DNA of 64,000 bases, taken from NCBI GenBank assembly GCA_965205505.1, contig CBDBHB010000008.1, forward strand, positions 960,001-1,024,000. The letters run 5' to 3'. Under the pieces are notes generated by a model. It did no database searches. It saw only the letters and a program-made list of their open reading frames with translations, and had not been told where the DNA came from. This document shows positions 17,224 through 26,452 of the stretch, in pieces; position 1 is the first letter of the stretch, and the number at the start of each line of letters is the position of its first letter. Origin of the DNA: Acidobacteriota bacterium (GTDB taxonomy: Bacteria; Acidobacteriota; UBA890; WLXD01). A program made the translations under genes and the position numbers.

Positions 17224-19194
17224 GTGGCACGCTTCGTACAGTTCCTCGCTATTTGTCTTTTGGTGAGCCTTGTTGCCGGGGCGCTGCCGGCAGCAACAAC
17301 ACCGTTACCACTACCGTCCCAAGACGAATGGCGCTACTTCGGTGGTGACAAGGGTTTCACACGCTACTCCCCGCACGATCAAATCCACCGCGACAACGTT
17401 AACGATTTGCGGATCGCCTGGCGTCGCCCGGCGGTGCGCGACGAACTTACAGAGGCGTTTCCTGATCTGTACCCCGATGCCTACCTGAGGGCGACGCCGA
17501 TCATGATCGACGGCGTGCTCTACACGCAGGATGCCCACGGTTTGGTAATCGCCCTCGATGGCGAGACCGGCGAGACCCTATGGGAACAGGAGCTCGTTGT
17601 GTCGACACTGGAAGAGGCCGACGCGTCGAGCACTCGTGGTGTTGATCACTGGAGCAGTGGCACCGGCGATGAGCGCATCCTCGCCATCCGAGGTGAGTAT
17701 CTCTACGCGCTCAATACCAGGACCGGCGAGCCTTACGCTGGTTTTGGCGATGACGGCAGGGTCAGCCTGCGGTTCCATGAGCGTCAGCCCTTGGCCCGTG
17801 CATTCAGCGACAGCACGGGTCCTCTCGTGGTGGGCAACGTCGTCGTGGTCACCGGGATCACGGGCGGAGCCGGCGATGGCGGTAACAAGAAGGAATCGGC
17901 GCCGGAGGATGTACGCGGCTTCGATGCTCAAACGGGCCGGTTGCTGTGGACGTTCCATCCGGTGCCGCGGGCGGGCGAGTTCGGCGCCGACACTTGGGGC
18001 GACGATTCTTGGAAGGTAGCAGGCGACCTCGGCGCCTGGGCTCTGATGACCGCGGACGAAGAGCTCGGTTATGTCTATATCGCGCTGTCAGCGCCGACGT
18101 CTGCTTGGTATGGCGGCTGGCGACCCGGTGACAATCTGTTCTCGAACACCTTGGTCGCTCTGGACGTGAAGACCGGCGAGCGCGTGTGGCACTTCCAGAT
18201 GATTCACCACGACCTCTGGGAATACGACAACATCGGTCCCGCGATACTCGGCGACATCACTGTCGACGGCAAGCGCATCAAGGCGGTGATGCAGCCGAAC
18301 AAGAATGCGTTTCTATTCGTCCTCGACCGTACCAACGGCGAGCCGGTGTGGCCGATCGAAGAGCGCCCGGTACCACGGTCGACGGTGCCCGGCGAGGAGT
18401 CCTCGCCGACGCAGCCGTTTCCGACCAAGCCGCCGCCCTTCGACCAACAGGGGATGACCGACAGCGACTTGATCGACTACACACCGGAGCTCAAGCAACG
18501 GGCGCGCGAGCTCGTCAAGGACTATCAACTCGGTCCGCTCTATACCCCACCGTCCGTGCCGAGCGATGAGCCGGGTGGAACGAAGGGGACGATCGTATAT
18601 CCGGGAGCGTGGGGCAACGGAAACTGGAACACCGGAGCCTTTGATCCCGAAACAGGAATCTACTACGCGGTCTCAAACACCTCGTATGGTCCGACAAACC
18701 GCGCTGTGGTCAAACAAACCGACCCGGAAGCGACGATGGAATATGCCTATGTCCCCAGCGCCCGACTCGAGCTCGACGGGCTCTTCTTCAACAAGGGGCC
18801 GTACGGCCGGATCACAGCCCTCGATCTCAACCGAGGCGAGCAGCTGTGGATGACCGCCAACGGCGATGGGCCACGCAACCATCCGTTGCTGAAGGATCTC
18901 AACCTACCGCCGCTGGGGAGTCCCAACCGTCCGGCTCCACTTGTCACCAAGACCCTGTTGTTCCTCGGCGAAGGCAGCAACGCCGTGAGCGGAACGCTGA
19001 ACGAGGACTGGGCATGGGGCAAGAAATTCCGTGCCTATGACAAGGCCACGGGTGATGTGATTTGGGAGATCGAGCTGCCGTCGGGGACCACCGCCGGCCC
19101 GATGACCTACATGCTCGACGGAAAACAGTACATCGTGGTGTCAATCGGAGCGCAGGATCACCCGGCGGAGTACGTCGCACTGGCGCTTCCATAG
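17224..19194 (+). CDS. PQQ-dependent (quinoprotein glucose dehydrogenase-like) enzyme
   Basis: W.YFGGD, ATPIMIDGVLY, GDNLFSNTLVALD, WHFQMIHHDLWEYD, PVWPIEERPVP, PMTYMLDGKQYI. Confidence 0.93.
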   Translation: MARFVQFLAICLLVSLVAGALPAATTPLPLPSQDEWRYFGGDKGFTRYSPHDQIHRDNVNDLRIAWRRPAVRDELTEAFPDLYPDAYLRATPIMIDGVLYTQDAHGLVIALDGETGETLWEQELVVSTLEEADASSTRGVDHWSSGTGDERILAIRGEYLYALNTRTGEPYAGFGDDGRVSLRFHERQPLARAFSDSTGPLVVGNVVVVTGITGGAGDGGNKKESAPEDVRGFDAQTGRLLWTFHPVPRAGEFGADTWGDDSWKVAGDLGAWALMTADEELGYVYIALSAPTSAWYGGWRPGDNLFSNTLVALDVKTGERVWHFQMIHHDLWEYDNIGPAILGDITVDGKRIKAVMQPNKNAFLFVLDRTNGEPVWPIEERPVPRSTVPGEESSPTQPFPTKPPPFDQQGMTDSDLIDYTPELKQRARELVKDYQLGPLYTPPSVPSDEPGGTKGTIVYPGAWGNGNWNTGAFDPETGIYYAVSNTSYGPTNRAVVKQTDPEATMEYAYVPSARLELDGLFFNKGPYGRITALDLNRGEQLWMTANGDGPRNHPLLKDLNLPPLGSPNRPAPLVTKTLLFLGEGSNAVSGTLNEDWAWGKKFRAYDKATGDVIWEIELPSGTTAGPMTYMLDGKQYIVVSIGAQDHPAEYVALALP

Positions 19195-19244
19195 CAGGGT
19201 GCGGAAGAGCTCTGGTGGATCTGGTTACGGCGTCGCGGGGCCAA
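19192..19244 (+). repeat. Type-B TIR plus the start of a type-A hairpin arm, forming the 5' end of the next ORF
   Basis: TAG (upstream stop) CAGGGTGCGGAAGAGCTCTGGTGGATCTGG (26/30 to type B), then TTACGGCG..GGGGCCA as in the 49035 copy. Confidence 0.8.
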
Positions 19245-20536
19245 TCGTCTTGCTGCTGCTGGCTGTTTCTCTCGCTCTCGCGGCAGTGGCCGGGCTAGTG
19301 GCCCAATCGCCCACTGAGGCGGCGTCCTGGCGGCAGTGGGGCGGGCCGCACCGGAACTTCATCTCCGACGCGACGAGCCTTGCCGACTCATGGCCCCCGG
19401 GAGGCCCCAGAGAAGTCTGGAGTCGACCGCTCGGCCTGGGCCATTCGACGATCGTCGTCGACGGCGCCCATCTCTACACCATGTACCGGCCGCACCTCGA
19501 GGAAGCACGGCCCAACCAATGGGCCGGCGAGGAGCTCGTCATCGCGCTAGAGGCCGCCACCGGAGAGACGATCTGGGAGTACCCCTACGGCGCTCAGCCC
19601 TTGAACTTCAGATTCGGGGCGGGGCCGCACGCGACGCCGCTCATCGTCGGCGATCGGCTGTTCACCTCAGGCACGAACAAGCAGATCCACGCCTTCGACA
19701 AGCGGACCGGCGAAGTTCTTTGGTCGCACGATCTCGTCGCCGAGTACGATGCGCCGCCGACGTTGATCCGGCCGGCCGTAACGGCTGGCTACGCCTCCAG
19801 CCCCCTGGCGTACAACAACACGGTGATCGTGACCGCCGGGGGCGACGGCCAGTCGGTGATGGCCTTCAACCAGAGCGACGGTTCGCTGGTCTGGAAGAAC
19901 GGTGACTTCCTGGTCGCGCCGTCTTCGCCGATCCTGATCGAGCTCGAGGACGAGACCCAGCTCGTTGTGGTGGGAGGCCGGACGGTCAACGGGCTGAACC
20001 CGGACACCGGTGAGATCCTCTGGAGCCATCCGCACGACACCAACGGCGACATGAACAACACGACGGCGGTGTGGGGACAGGACAACGTGTTGTTCGTGTC
20101 ATCGGCCTACAACGGGGGCAGCCGCGGCATGCGTTTGTCCAAAGCGGGCGACGACACGGAGGTCGACGAGCTCTGGTTTACTCGCGACATGCAGATCATG
20201 TTCGGTAGCACGATTCGGTTGGGTGACTTCATCTACGGAAGCAGCGGCGGTTTCGGACCGGCATTCATCACGGCGCTCGACCTGCGAACGGGCACCGCGG
20301 CGTGGCGCGAGCGAGGCTTCTCCCGGTCGCACTTTCTCTACGCCGATGGCAAGGCGATCATCCTCGACGAGGACGGCAACCTGGCGCTCACGGAAGTTTC
20401 GCCGGAGGGCCTGACGGTCATCTCGACGGCTGAGGTGCTGACCGGTACGTCGTGGACAGCGCCGACCCTCGTCAGCACGACCCTCTACCTGCGAGACCGG
20501 CAAACGATCAAGGCGCTGGATATCGGGAAGCGTTGA
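19199..20536 (+). CDS. PQQ-like beta-propeller (BamB-like) exported protein
   Basis: WRQWGGPHRN, GPHATPLI, GYASSP, WTAPTL...LYLRD. The GTG start lies inside the TIR. Confidence 0.85.
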   Translation: MRKSSGGSGYGVAGPIVLLLLAVSLALAAVAGLVAQSPTEAASWRQWGGPHRNFISDATSLADSWPPGGPREVWSRPLGLGHSTIVVDGAHLYTMYRPHLEEARPNQWAGEELVIALEAATGETIWEYPYGAQPLNFRFGAGPHATPLIVGDRLFTSGTNKQIHAFDKRTGEVLWSHDLVAEYDAPPTLIRPAVTAGYASSPLAYNNTVIVTAGGDGQSVMAFNQSDGSLVWKNGDFLVAPSSPILIELEDETQLVVVGGRTVNGLNPDTGEILWSHPHDTNGDMNNTTAVWGQDNVLFVSSAYNGGSRGMRLSKAGDDTEVDELWFTRDMQIMFGSTIRLGDFIYGSSGGFGPAFITALDLRTGTAAWRERGFSRSHFLYADGKAIILDEDGNLALTEVSPEGLTVISTAEVLTGTSWTAPTLVSTTLYLRDRQTIKALDIGKR

Positions 20537-20564
20537 GCCCGGACCCTCCACGATATCTCTGCAA

Positions 20565-21539
20565 CTACCGCAGGTTCGGCGACCAAGACGGGAATCGGTC
20601 ATTGCCCGGACTACTCGTCAGTCTCGTCTGATCAGAGCCATCTATTCGCATGCTGTAAACGTCCCAATGCCCATGCCTGTTGGTTTCAAATACGATCTTC
20701 GAGCCATCCGGCGACCATCGGGCGTGGCGATCTTCGTAGGCGGGTTGTCTTTCCACGGAATATAGGGGTGTGGACAACTTCTTCTCATTGGTCCCAGTGG
20801 AATCCATCACAGAGATGCTCATGCGATTCTAATCGAAAAGTATCAGCGCGCCGTCCGGTGACCATGATGGAAATCCGTTGGCATCGGAGTTATCGGTCAA
20901 TCTCACCAGATTCGTGCCGTCCAGGTCGATCACGAAAATGTCAACGTCGCCGCCCAGGTGCGGATCCGTGTCAGATTCGATGATGACTCGAGACCCATCA
21001 GGTGACCAGACAGGAACTTTTGCGTTGATGACACTGTCGGTTATTCTCCGCTGGTTGGATCCGTCGAGGTTCATGACATATGCCTCAACGTGTCCATCGC
21101 GGCCTGTACTAAAGGCGATTCGAGAACCGTCGGGGGCCCAACTCGGGAAATTGTCATCGTAGCTATTAGAGGTCAGTCTTCGTTGGCTCGAACCGTCCAT
21201 ATTCATCAGGTAAATTTCCCAGTTTCCGTCCCTTTCAGATTCGAACGCGAGCATTGAACCGTCCGGCGACCAGGAAGGATGGCGATCTGCGGCGGGATTG
21301 TCTGTGATCCTTCTCTGAGTCGATCCATCGGTGCTCATCACGTAGATTTCCCAGTTTCCGTCCCTATCAGAATCAAATGCGATCATCGATTTTTCATCGT
21401 AGGCGTTTTCAGTACGGGATATCATGTGGAATCTCGTGTCGTCGCAGGGGTCATGTTCAGTCTCTGCGCCGGCTGCAATTACAAGAAGCGACAAGACTAT
21501 CGAAAGCTGTACCTTCATCGACATTGTCCTCGCTTTCAT
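20565..21539 (-). pseudogene. TolB-like PD40 repeat protein interrupted by an in-frame TAG
   Basis: Repeated PSWSPDG and [12 protein letters not shown]. ORFs 20829..21539 and 20565..20822 share a frame, reading FD*NR (likely FDSNR). Visibly more AT-rich than its flanks. Confidence 0.8.
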
Positions 21540-21748
21540 ATCGTTGCCGACCTCAGCAACCCTGATTGGAATGCGGGTCGTTTATCCAACATCCGGTGCA
21601 ACAGGTTGCACGATCGCGCGTTGCCAGAACCGTTTCTGGAACTGCCAATCGGATCGCGATTCTGCCGTCGAATCGGTCGGATGACAACCACCCCTGCCCC
21701 ACTCTGGGGTGGCTTCCCGAGCCGTCGGCACGAACCCGTCTCGGACGG

Positions 21749-22594
21749 ATGAACAAGCGCACCTTCGGCCCCACGGGCTTGGACGTTCCAGTCATCGGGC
21801 AGGGCACCTGGGAGATGGAGCTGTGCGATCGTGCCGCGGCGAGCCGGGCGCTGCACCGCGGCCTCGATCTGGGCGCGACGCACATCGACACCGCTGAGAT
21901 GTACGGCAACGGGGCGGTCGAGAAGCTCGTAGGTGAGGCGATAAGGGATCGGCGCGACGGGGTCTATCTGGTTAGCAAGGTGCTGCCGTCGAACGCGTCG
22001 CGGGCCGGGACGATCGCTGCGTGTGAGCGGTCGCTGCGGCGTCTGCGCACCGATCGGCTCGATTGCTATCTGTTGCACTGGGAAGGAAGTTATCCGCTCG
22101 CGGAGACGGTCGCCGGGTTCGAGCAACTGCTCGCCGACGGCAAGATCCGCGCCTGGGGCGTGAGCAACTTCGACGAGGCCGCCATGGCCGAGGTCGTTAC
22201 GATCGCTGGCGCCGAGAGCATCGCCTGCAACCAGGTCTGCTACTACCTGCAGGAGCGCGCTATCGAGCATGCAGTGATACCGTTTTGTGAGCGACACGGG
22301 ATCGCGGTGGTCGCGTACAGCCCGTTCGGCTCGGGCTCATTTCCTCCCGCGCGCTCTCCGGGCGGCCAGCTGCTTGCGGAGATCGGCGCGAACCGCGAGG
22401 CTAGCCCCTTCCAGATCGCGCTGGCGTTTCTTTGCCGGCGCCGGGCGCAGTTCGCGATTCCGAAGAGCTCGACCGTCGCTCACGTCGAAGACAACGCCGC
22501 CGCCGGTGATCTCGCCCTTACCGACGCGGAAATCGAGCGGATCGATGCGGCCTTCCCGCTCGGCCGGCCGCGGGGCGGGATTCCGATGATCTGA
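21749..22594 (+). CDS. Aldo/keto reductase
   Basis: IGQGTW, HIDTAEMYG, LVSKV, DCYLLHW, WGVSNF, AYSPFG, IPKS. Confidence 0.95.
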   Translation: MNKRTFGPTGLDVPVIGQGTWEMELCDRAAASRALHRGLDLGATHIDTAEMYGNGAVEKLVGEAIRDRRDGVYLVSKVLPSNASRAGTIAACERSLRRLRTDRLDCYLLHWEGSYPLAETVAGFEQLLADGKIRAWGVSNFDEAAMAEVVTIAGAESIACNQVCYYLQERAIEHAVIPFCERHGIAVVAYSPFGSGSFPPARSPGGQLLAEIGANREASPFQIALAFLCRRRAQFAIPKSSTVAHVEDNAAAGDLALTDAEIERIDAAFPLGRPRGGIPMI

Positions 22595-22631
22595 GAGCAG
22601 TTTCAGTGAGCTCCGACGGGCTTCCAGCGCT

Positions 22632-23903
22632 TTGAGCGAGAAACTCTCCCGAAGCCTTACTTTCATCGGACTCCTCGGCTTCGGCTTCAACATCATGATC
22701 GGCTCCGGCATGTTCTTCCTGCCGGGCAGGGCGATGGCCATCATGGGGCCGGCCTCGATACTCGCTGGAGTGGCAGCACTCTCGATCGCGGCATTGCTGG
22801 TTTTCTGTTTCGCCGAGCTCAGCAGCCAGTTCACCCAGACCGGTGGACCGATTCTCTACACCCACGCGACGCTGGGGCCAGCAGCCGCGTTTGGCGTGGG
22901 TTGGCTGGGCTACCTATCCCGAGTTTCTTCGAACGCGGCGCTCGTCGTGATCTTTGCAACGTCCGCGGTGACGGCGTTTCCAACGCTCAGCGGCCTGGAG
23001 TCCGTCCTGATCGCGGCATTCGTGGCGCTGCTGCTGGTCATCAACCTTCGCAACGTGGCGTTCAACGCCAGGGTCATGGACATCGTTCTCGTGCTGAAGG
23101 TCATCCCGTTGCTGGCGTTCATCGGCTGGGGGGCTTTCCATATCCAGCCGGAGAACTTCACGCCCTTCGCACCTGACGGCGTGACGAGGCTTGGCGAAGC
23201 CACGCTGGTTATTTTCTACGCCATTGTCGGCTTCGAAATGATGACGGTCGTCGCAGGTGAGGCACAGGACCCGCAGCGGAATGTACCCAGAACGCTGTTC
23301 GTCGTTGTCCTGACGAGCGGCGCGTTGCTGTTTTCGCTGTTCGTCGTCCTGATCGGCGCCTTCCCGGAGGCCGCACTTTCTGACAGCCCCGTTGCCGACG
23401 CGGCCCTGTCGATCATGGGCCCTGCCGGCCGTCTCATCGGCGTCGGCATCCTGCTATCGGTGATCGGGGTCAATCTGAGCTGCGCTCTGGCAACACCGCG
23501 CTACCTGTATGCGATGTCCCTCGAGGGGTCCCTGCCGCGCGTGTTCGCGCGGGTGTCGTTGGGCGGACAAGTGCCCTATGTTGCCGTGCTCTTGAGCAGT
23601 GGCCTGACGTACGTTCTGACGATCGGTAACAGCTACGTAGCTCTGGCCGTGCTCTCGGTCATCGCCCGGATCGTCCAGTACATGGCGAGCTGCGTTGCGT
23701 TGCTGATCCTTCGATCCCATCAGGAGCCACAGGAGCCAGGCGAGGTTCGATTCCGTGCGCCGGCCGGCCGTTTCGTGGCCGCTGCCGCACTGCTCGTTTG
23801 TGTTTGGCTTCTCTCGTCTGCTACCAGCAGCCAACTGCTGTGGACAGCGGTCGCATTGCTCGCCGGCTATGTTCTCTACTATGCCAACAAGGCACTCGCG
23901 TAG
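22632..23903 (+). CDS. APC-family amino acid permease
   Basis: MIGSGMFFLPG, FAELSS..TGG, YAIVGFE..AGEAQDPQRNVPR; about 12 TM segments. Confidence 0.92.
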   Translation: MSEKLSRSLTFIGLLGFGFNIMIGSGMFFLPGRAMAIMGPASILAGVAALSIAALLVFCFAELSSQFTQTGGPILYTHATLGPAAAFGVGWLGYLSRVSSNAALVVIFATSAVTAFPTLSGLESVLIAAFVALLLVINLRNVAFNARVMDIVLVLKVIPLLAFIGWGAFHIQPENFTPFAPDGVTRLGEATLVIFYAIVGFEMMTVVAGEAQDPQRNVPRTLFVVVLTSGALLFSLFVVLIGAFPEAALSDSPVADAALSIMGPAGRLIGVGILLSVIGVNLSCALATPRYLYAMSLEGSLPRVFARVSLGGQVPYVAVLLSSGLTYVLTIGNSYVALAVLSVIARIVQYMASCVALLILRSHQEPQEPGEVRFRAPAGRFVAAAALLVCVWLLSSATSSQLLWTAVALLAGYVLYYANKALA

Positions 23904-23928
23904 CCGCAATAGGCCGGCACCCTTGCTG

Positions 23929-24513
23929 TCAGTCACGCAAGTTGATCTTGGCGCTCTCCGGTTGTTCCTGTACACGATCCAGCAGTTCGTAGCCACCTTG
24001 CATCGCTTCCTGGTCTCCGTTCGGGGCCCAGTCTGCCCAAACGACAACCGCCTTTTCTTCCGAAATGATTTCGAGGCTATGTACTGCGTTCGGTCTCATG
24101 TAGACGGTCGAGCCAGGTGTGGCGATGAATTCCTCCCCGTCGACATTCCATCTCGCGCTACCTGAGATGAAGTAATACAGCTCTGGGCACGGATGTCGGT
24201 GTGAGGGATAGATTGCACCCGGACCCAGCTCGCCAACACCAAAACCTATGTCGCGGTCCGGCAAGGCCTCGCCGAATCGGCCACCTGTACCAATGAGCGT
24301 CTTCCAGCGCATGACTTCCAGCATCCGCCGCATTTCCTGTGCCCGCTCCCTGAACTCTTCCGGAATACTCGCCGCATCTGCGGCGACCAGTTCGGGCCAC
24401 GGAACATCATGTTCGTTCAGGTGAACTGCCGATTCGAGATCGTCAACGACCTGGCCAGACAACGGCATAACCACCAACAGGGCAACTACGAATCCGGAAA
24501 TGAACCTAAGCAT
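23929..24513 (-). CDS. Exported cupin, DMSP-lyase (DddW/DddQ/DddK)-like family
   Basis: Signal peptide; LGPGAIYPSHRHPCPELYYFISG..VYMRPNAVHSL metal-binding cupin motifs. Confidence 0.7.
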   Translation of the reverse strand: MLRFISGFVVALLVVMPLSGQVVDDLESAVHLNEHDVPWPELVAADAASIPEEFRERAQEMRRMLEVMRWKTLIGTGGRFGEALPDRDIGFGVGELGPGAIYPSHRHPCPELYYFISGSARWNVDGEEFIATPGSTVYMRPNAVHSLEIISEEKAVVVWADWAPNGDQEAMQGGYELLDRVQEQPESAKINLRD

Positions 24514-24665
24514 GACCTGCTCCTTTGGCGAAACTCTTTCGGTCGGGACATTCTAATTCAGTACAAGATGTTGACAATCAAACGGCGGACGCGAGGTCGA
24601 CGGGCAACACGTAAGCCATCGGATGCCTCGACGGCGCCCTCAACATGGGGGGCGGTGCGGTCCGC

Positions 24666-25298
24666 TCAGAGTCCGAGCAGGTAACGGAAGCCGATCTCGA
24701 GACGGCTACCGGGGTTGCGCGCGGTGGCCAGCTGAAGCGGCGTGCTCAGCGGATCGCGCCACAGTGCCCAGACTCGAGTCTCTCCGTTTAGGTGGCTGGT
24801 GAGAGCATACACGCGTCCCACCTCCTGCAGACCGCCGACACTACGGGTCTTGCCGTAACGAAACTCGAGCTCGAGGAACTTCACCGCGCGCTCGTTGTGG
24901 ATCCAGGGCCACGCCGGGGGCCACGGTATTCCCAACAGCGCCGCGTAGACCCGCGTCGTCGAGCCCGATACGGAATCGTGGTTCTCGCTGGCCTCGGCTG
25001 CGAGCTGGGGGACGTTGCGATCGGCGTCCGTGTCCAGCACGCCGAAGAGGAAGGCGCGGTTGCCCAGGCGAAAGCGGATGCGGCCGCTCGAAGCCTCATC
25101 CGAGGTGCGGGCCACCAGGTCCAGATCCACGAGCTGGATGCCGCCGCAGGCCCCCGGGCTGCATGGCATTGGCAGATGATCCACCGGATAGTCGATCTGT
25201 TCTTGGCCGCTCGTAGTGACCTGCGGCGGCTGTTGGGCACAGACCCCGGTGGGCCAGATCGTGACTACCGCCACCGTGATCAGTAGCCCGTTGTTCAT
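24666..25298 (-). CDS. Hypothetical exported protein
   Basis: Signal peptide ending AQQ; ATGA overlap with the upstream gene's stop. Confidence 0.6.
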   Translation of the reverse strand: MNNGLLITVAVVTIWPTGVCAQQPPQVTTSGQEQIDYPVDHLPMPCSPGACGGIQLVDLDLVARTSDEASSGRIRFRLGNRAFLFGVLDTDADRNVPQLAAEASENHDSVSGSTTRVYAALLGIPWPPAWPWIHNERAVKFLELEFRYGKTRSVGGLQEVGRVYALTSHLNGETRVWALWRDPLSTPLQLATARNPGSRLEIGFRYLLGL

Positions 25299-26449
25299 AG
25301 CGCCGCCCGCGCCGAGTCGAGCACGCGCTGGTCATCGTCGGTCGGAAAGTAGCGGGTGATGTCGGGCACGAGTTGCTCGTACGGCAATGTCACCGCACCG
25401 CCGGCAGCGGCTCGCACCCGGCTCAGGAGGTGCTCGTACAGATCGACGGACTCTATTGAGGAGGCGAAATCGGACTCGATGGATTCAATGCGGATGAGAC
25501 GAAAGTCGTCGGGCTCGAGGTCGAACAGTACGAAGTGATAGATGCGCTCGGCGGTCGCAATCTCCGCACGCATGCGAGCATTGCTGTCGGTGAACCAGGG
25601 CAGGTGGTTGGCTGTGCCGCGCGCGCCGGTCTCGGTGATCCAGACCGGCTTGTCGGTCATGCTGCCCAGCAGCTCGATCGCACGCTCGTCATATACGTGC
25701 ATCGCAACGACGTCGCAATGCTCTTCCAGCCCCGCCTCGATCATCTGCCGCAGCCTGAAGATGCCGTCACGTCCGCCGACGGGGGCAGCGGCCACGACGC
25801 GGAGGTCGGGACGCCGCGCCTTCAGGTCGCGGTAGGTAGGTGCGAGGAACAGCCGGACGTAGTCCTCGGGCCGCAGGCCGAGGAAATTGCCGGGCTCGTT
25901 GAGCACCTGAAAAGCCACGCTGCTGAGCTCGCCGGCGCGCCGGCGGGCAGGTGACACCTCGCCGGCGAACAGCGTCAGGTAGGTGTCGACAACCAGGGCG
26001 CGTTGCCGCGGGCGTCTCAGGGCGCGGGTCAGATCGTGCCCGCTACCGAACTGACCGAGGATTGCCAGCACGTCGACGCCGAGAGCACGTGCGGAGCGGA
26101 CATAGGGGATCGCGCCGACGAGGTCGGCGCCGAAGCCGTTGAACGAGACCGTCGTACGGATGGACTCGAACCCCAGCTCGTAAACCTCGCGCATCTGCAG
26201 ATCGACGAGCCGGGGAACGATCAGCGGCGGGCTGAAGTCTGAGACCTGATCGAAGCGTCGCACCGGCTGCAAGTTGAGCCCGCCGTTGACCCGTGGGACC
26301 ACGATGTGACGGCCACGGCGCCGCTGTTCGGTTCGCACTCGCCGCAGACTCAGCGCCAGACCGGCAGCCACGAATCGACGGCGACTGAACACGCGCTCCA
26401 CCTCCCGTTCCCGTGCCTGATCGACGACGACATCCAGGCTGGCGCCCAA
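25295..26449 (-). CDS. Putative clan GH-A glycoside hydrolase
   Basis: QVLNEP (acid/base), MHVY, KPVWITETG (nucleophile); SRRRF Tat-like motif. Start uncertain. Confidence 0.7.
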   Translation of the reverse strand: MGASLDVVVDQAREREVERVFSRRRFVAAGLALSLRRVRTEQRRRGRHIVVPRVNGGLNLQPVRRFDQVSDFSPPLIVPRLVDLQMREVYELGFESIRTTVSFNGFGADLVGAIPYVRSARALGVDVLAILGQFGSGHDLTRALRRPRQRALVVDTYLTLFAGEVSPARRRAGELSSVAFQVLNEPGNFLGLRPEDYVRLFLAPTYRDLKARRPDLRVVAAAPVGGRDGIFRLRQMIEAGLEEHCDVVAMHVYDERAIELLGSMTDKPVWITETGARGTANHLPWFTDSNARMRAEIATAERIYHFVLFDLEPDDFRLIRIESIESDFASSIESVDLYEHLLSRVRAAAGGAVTLPYEQLVPDITRYFPTDDDQRVLDSARAAL

Positions 26450-26452
26450 GTT

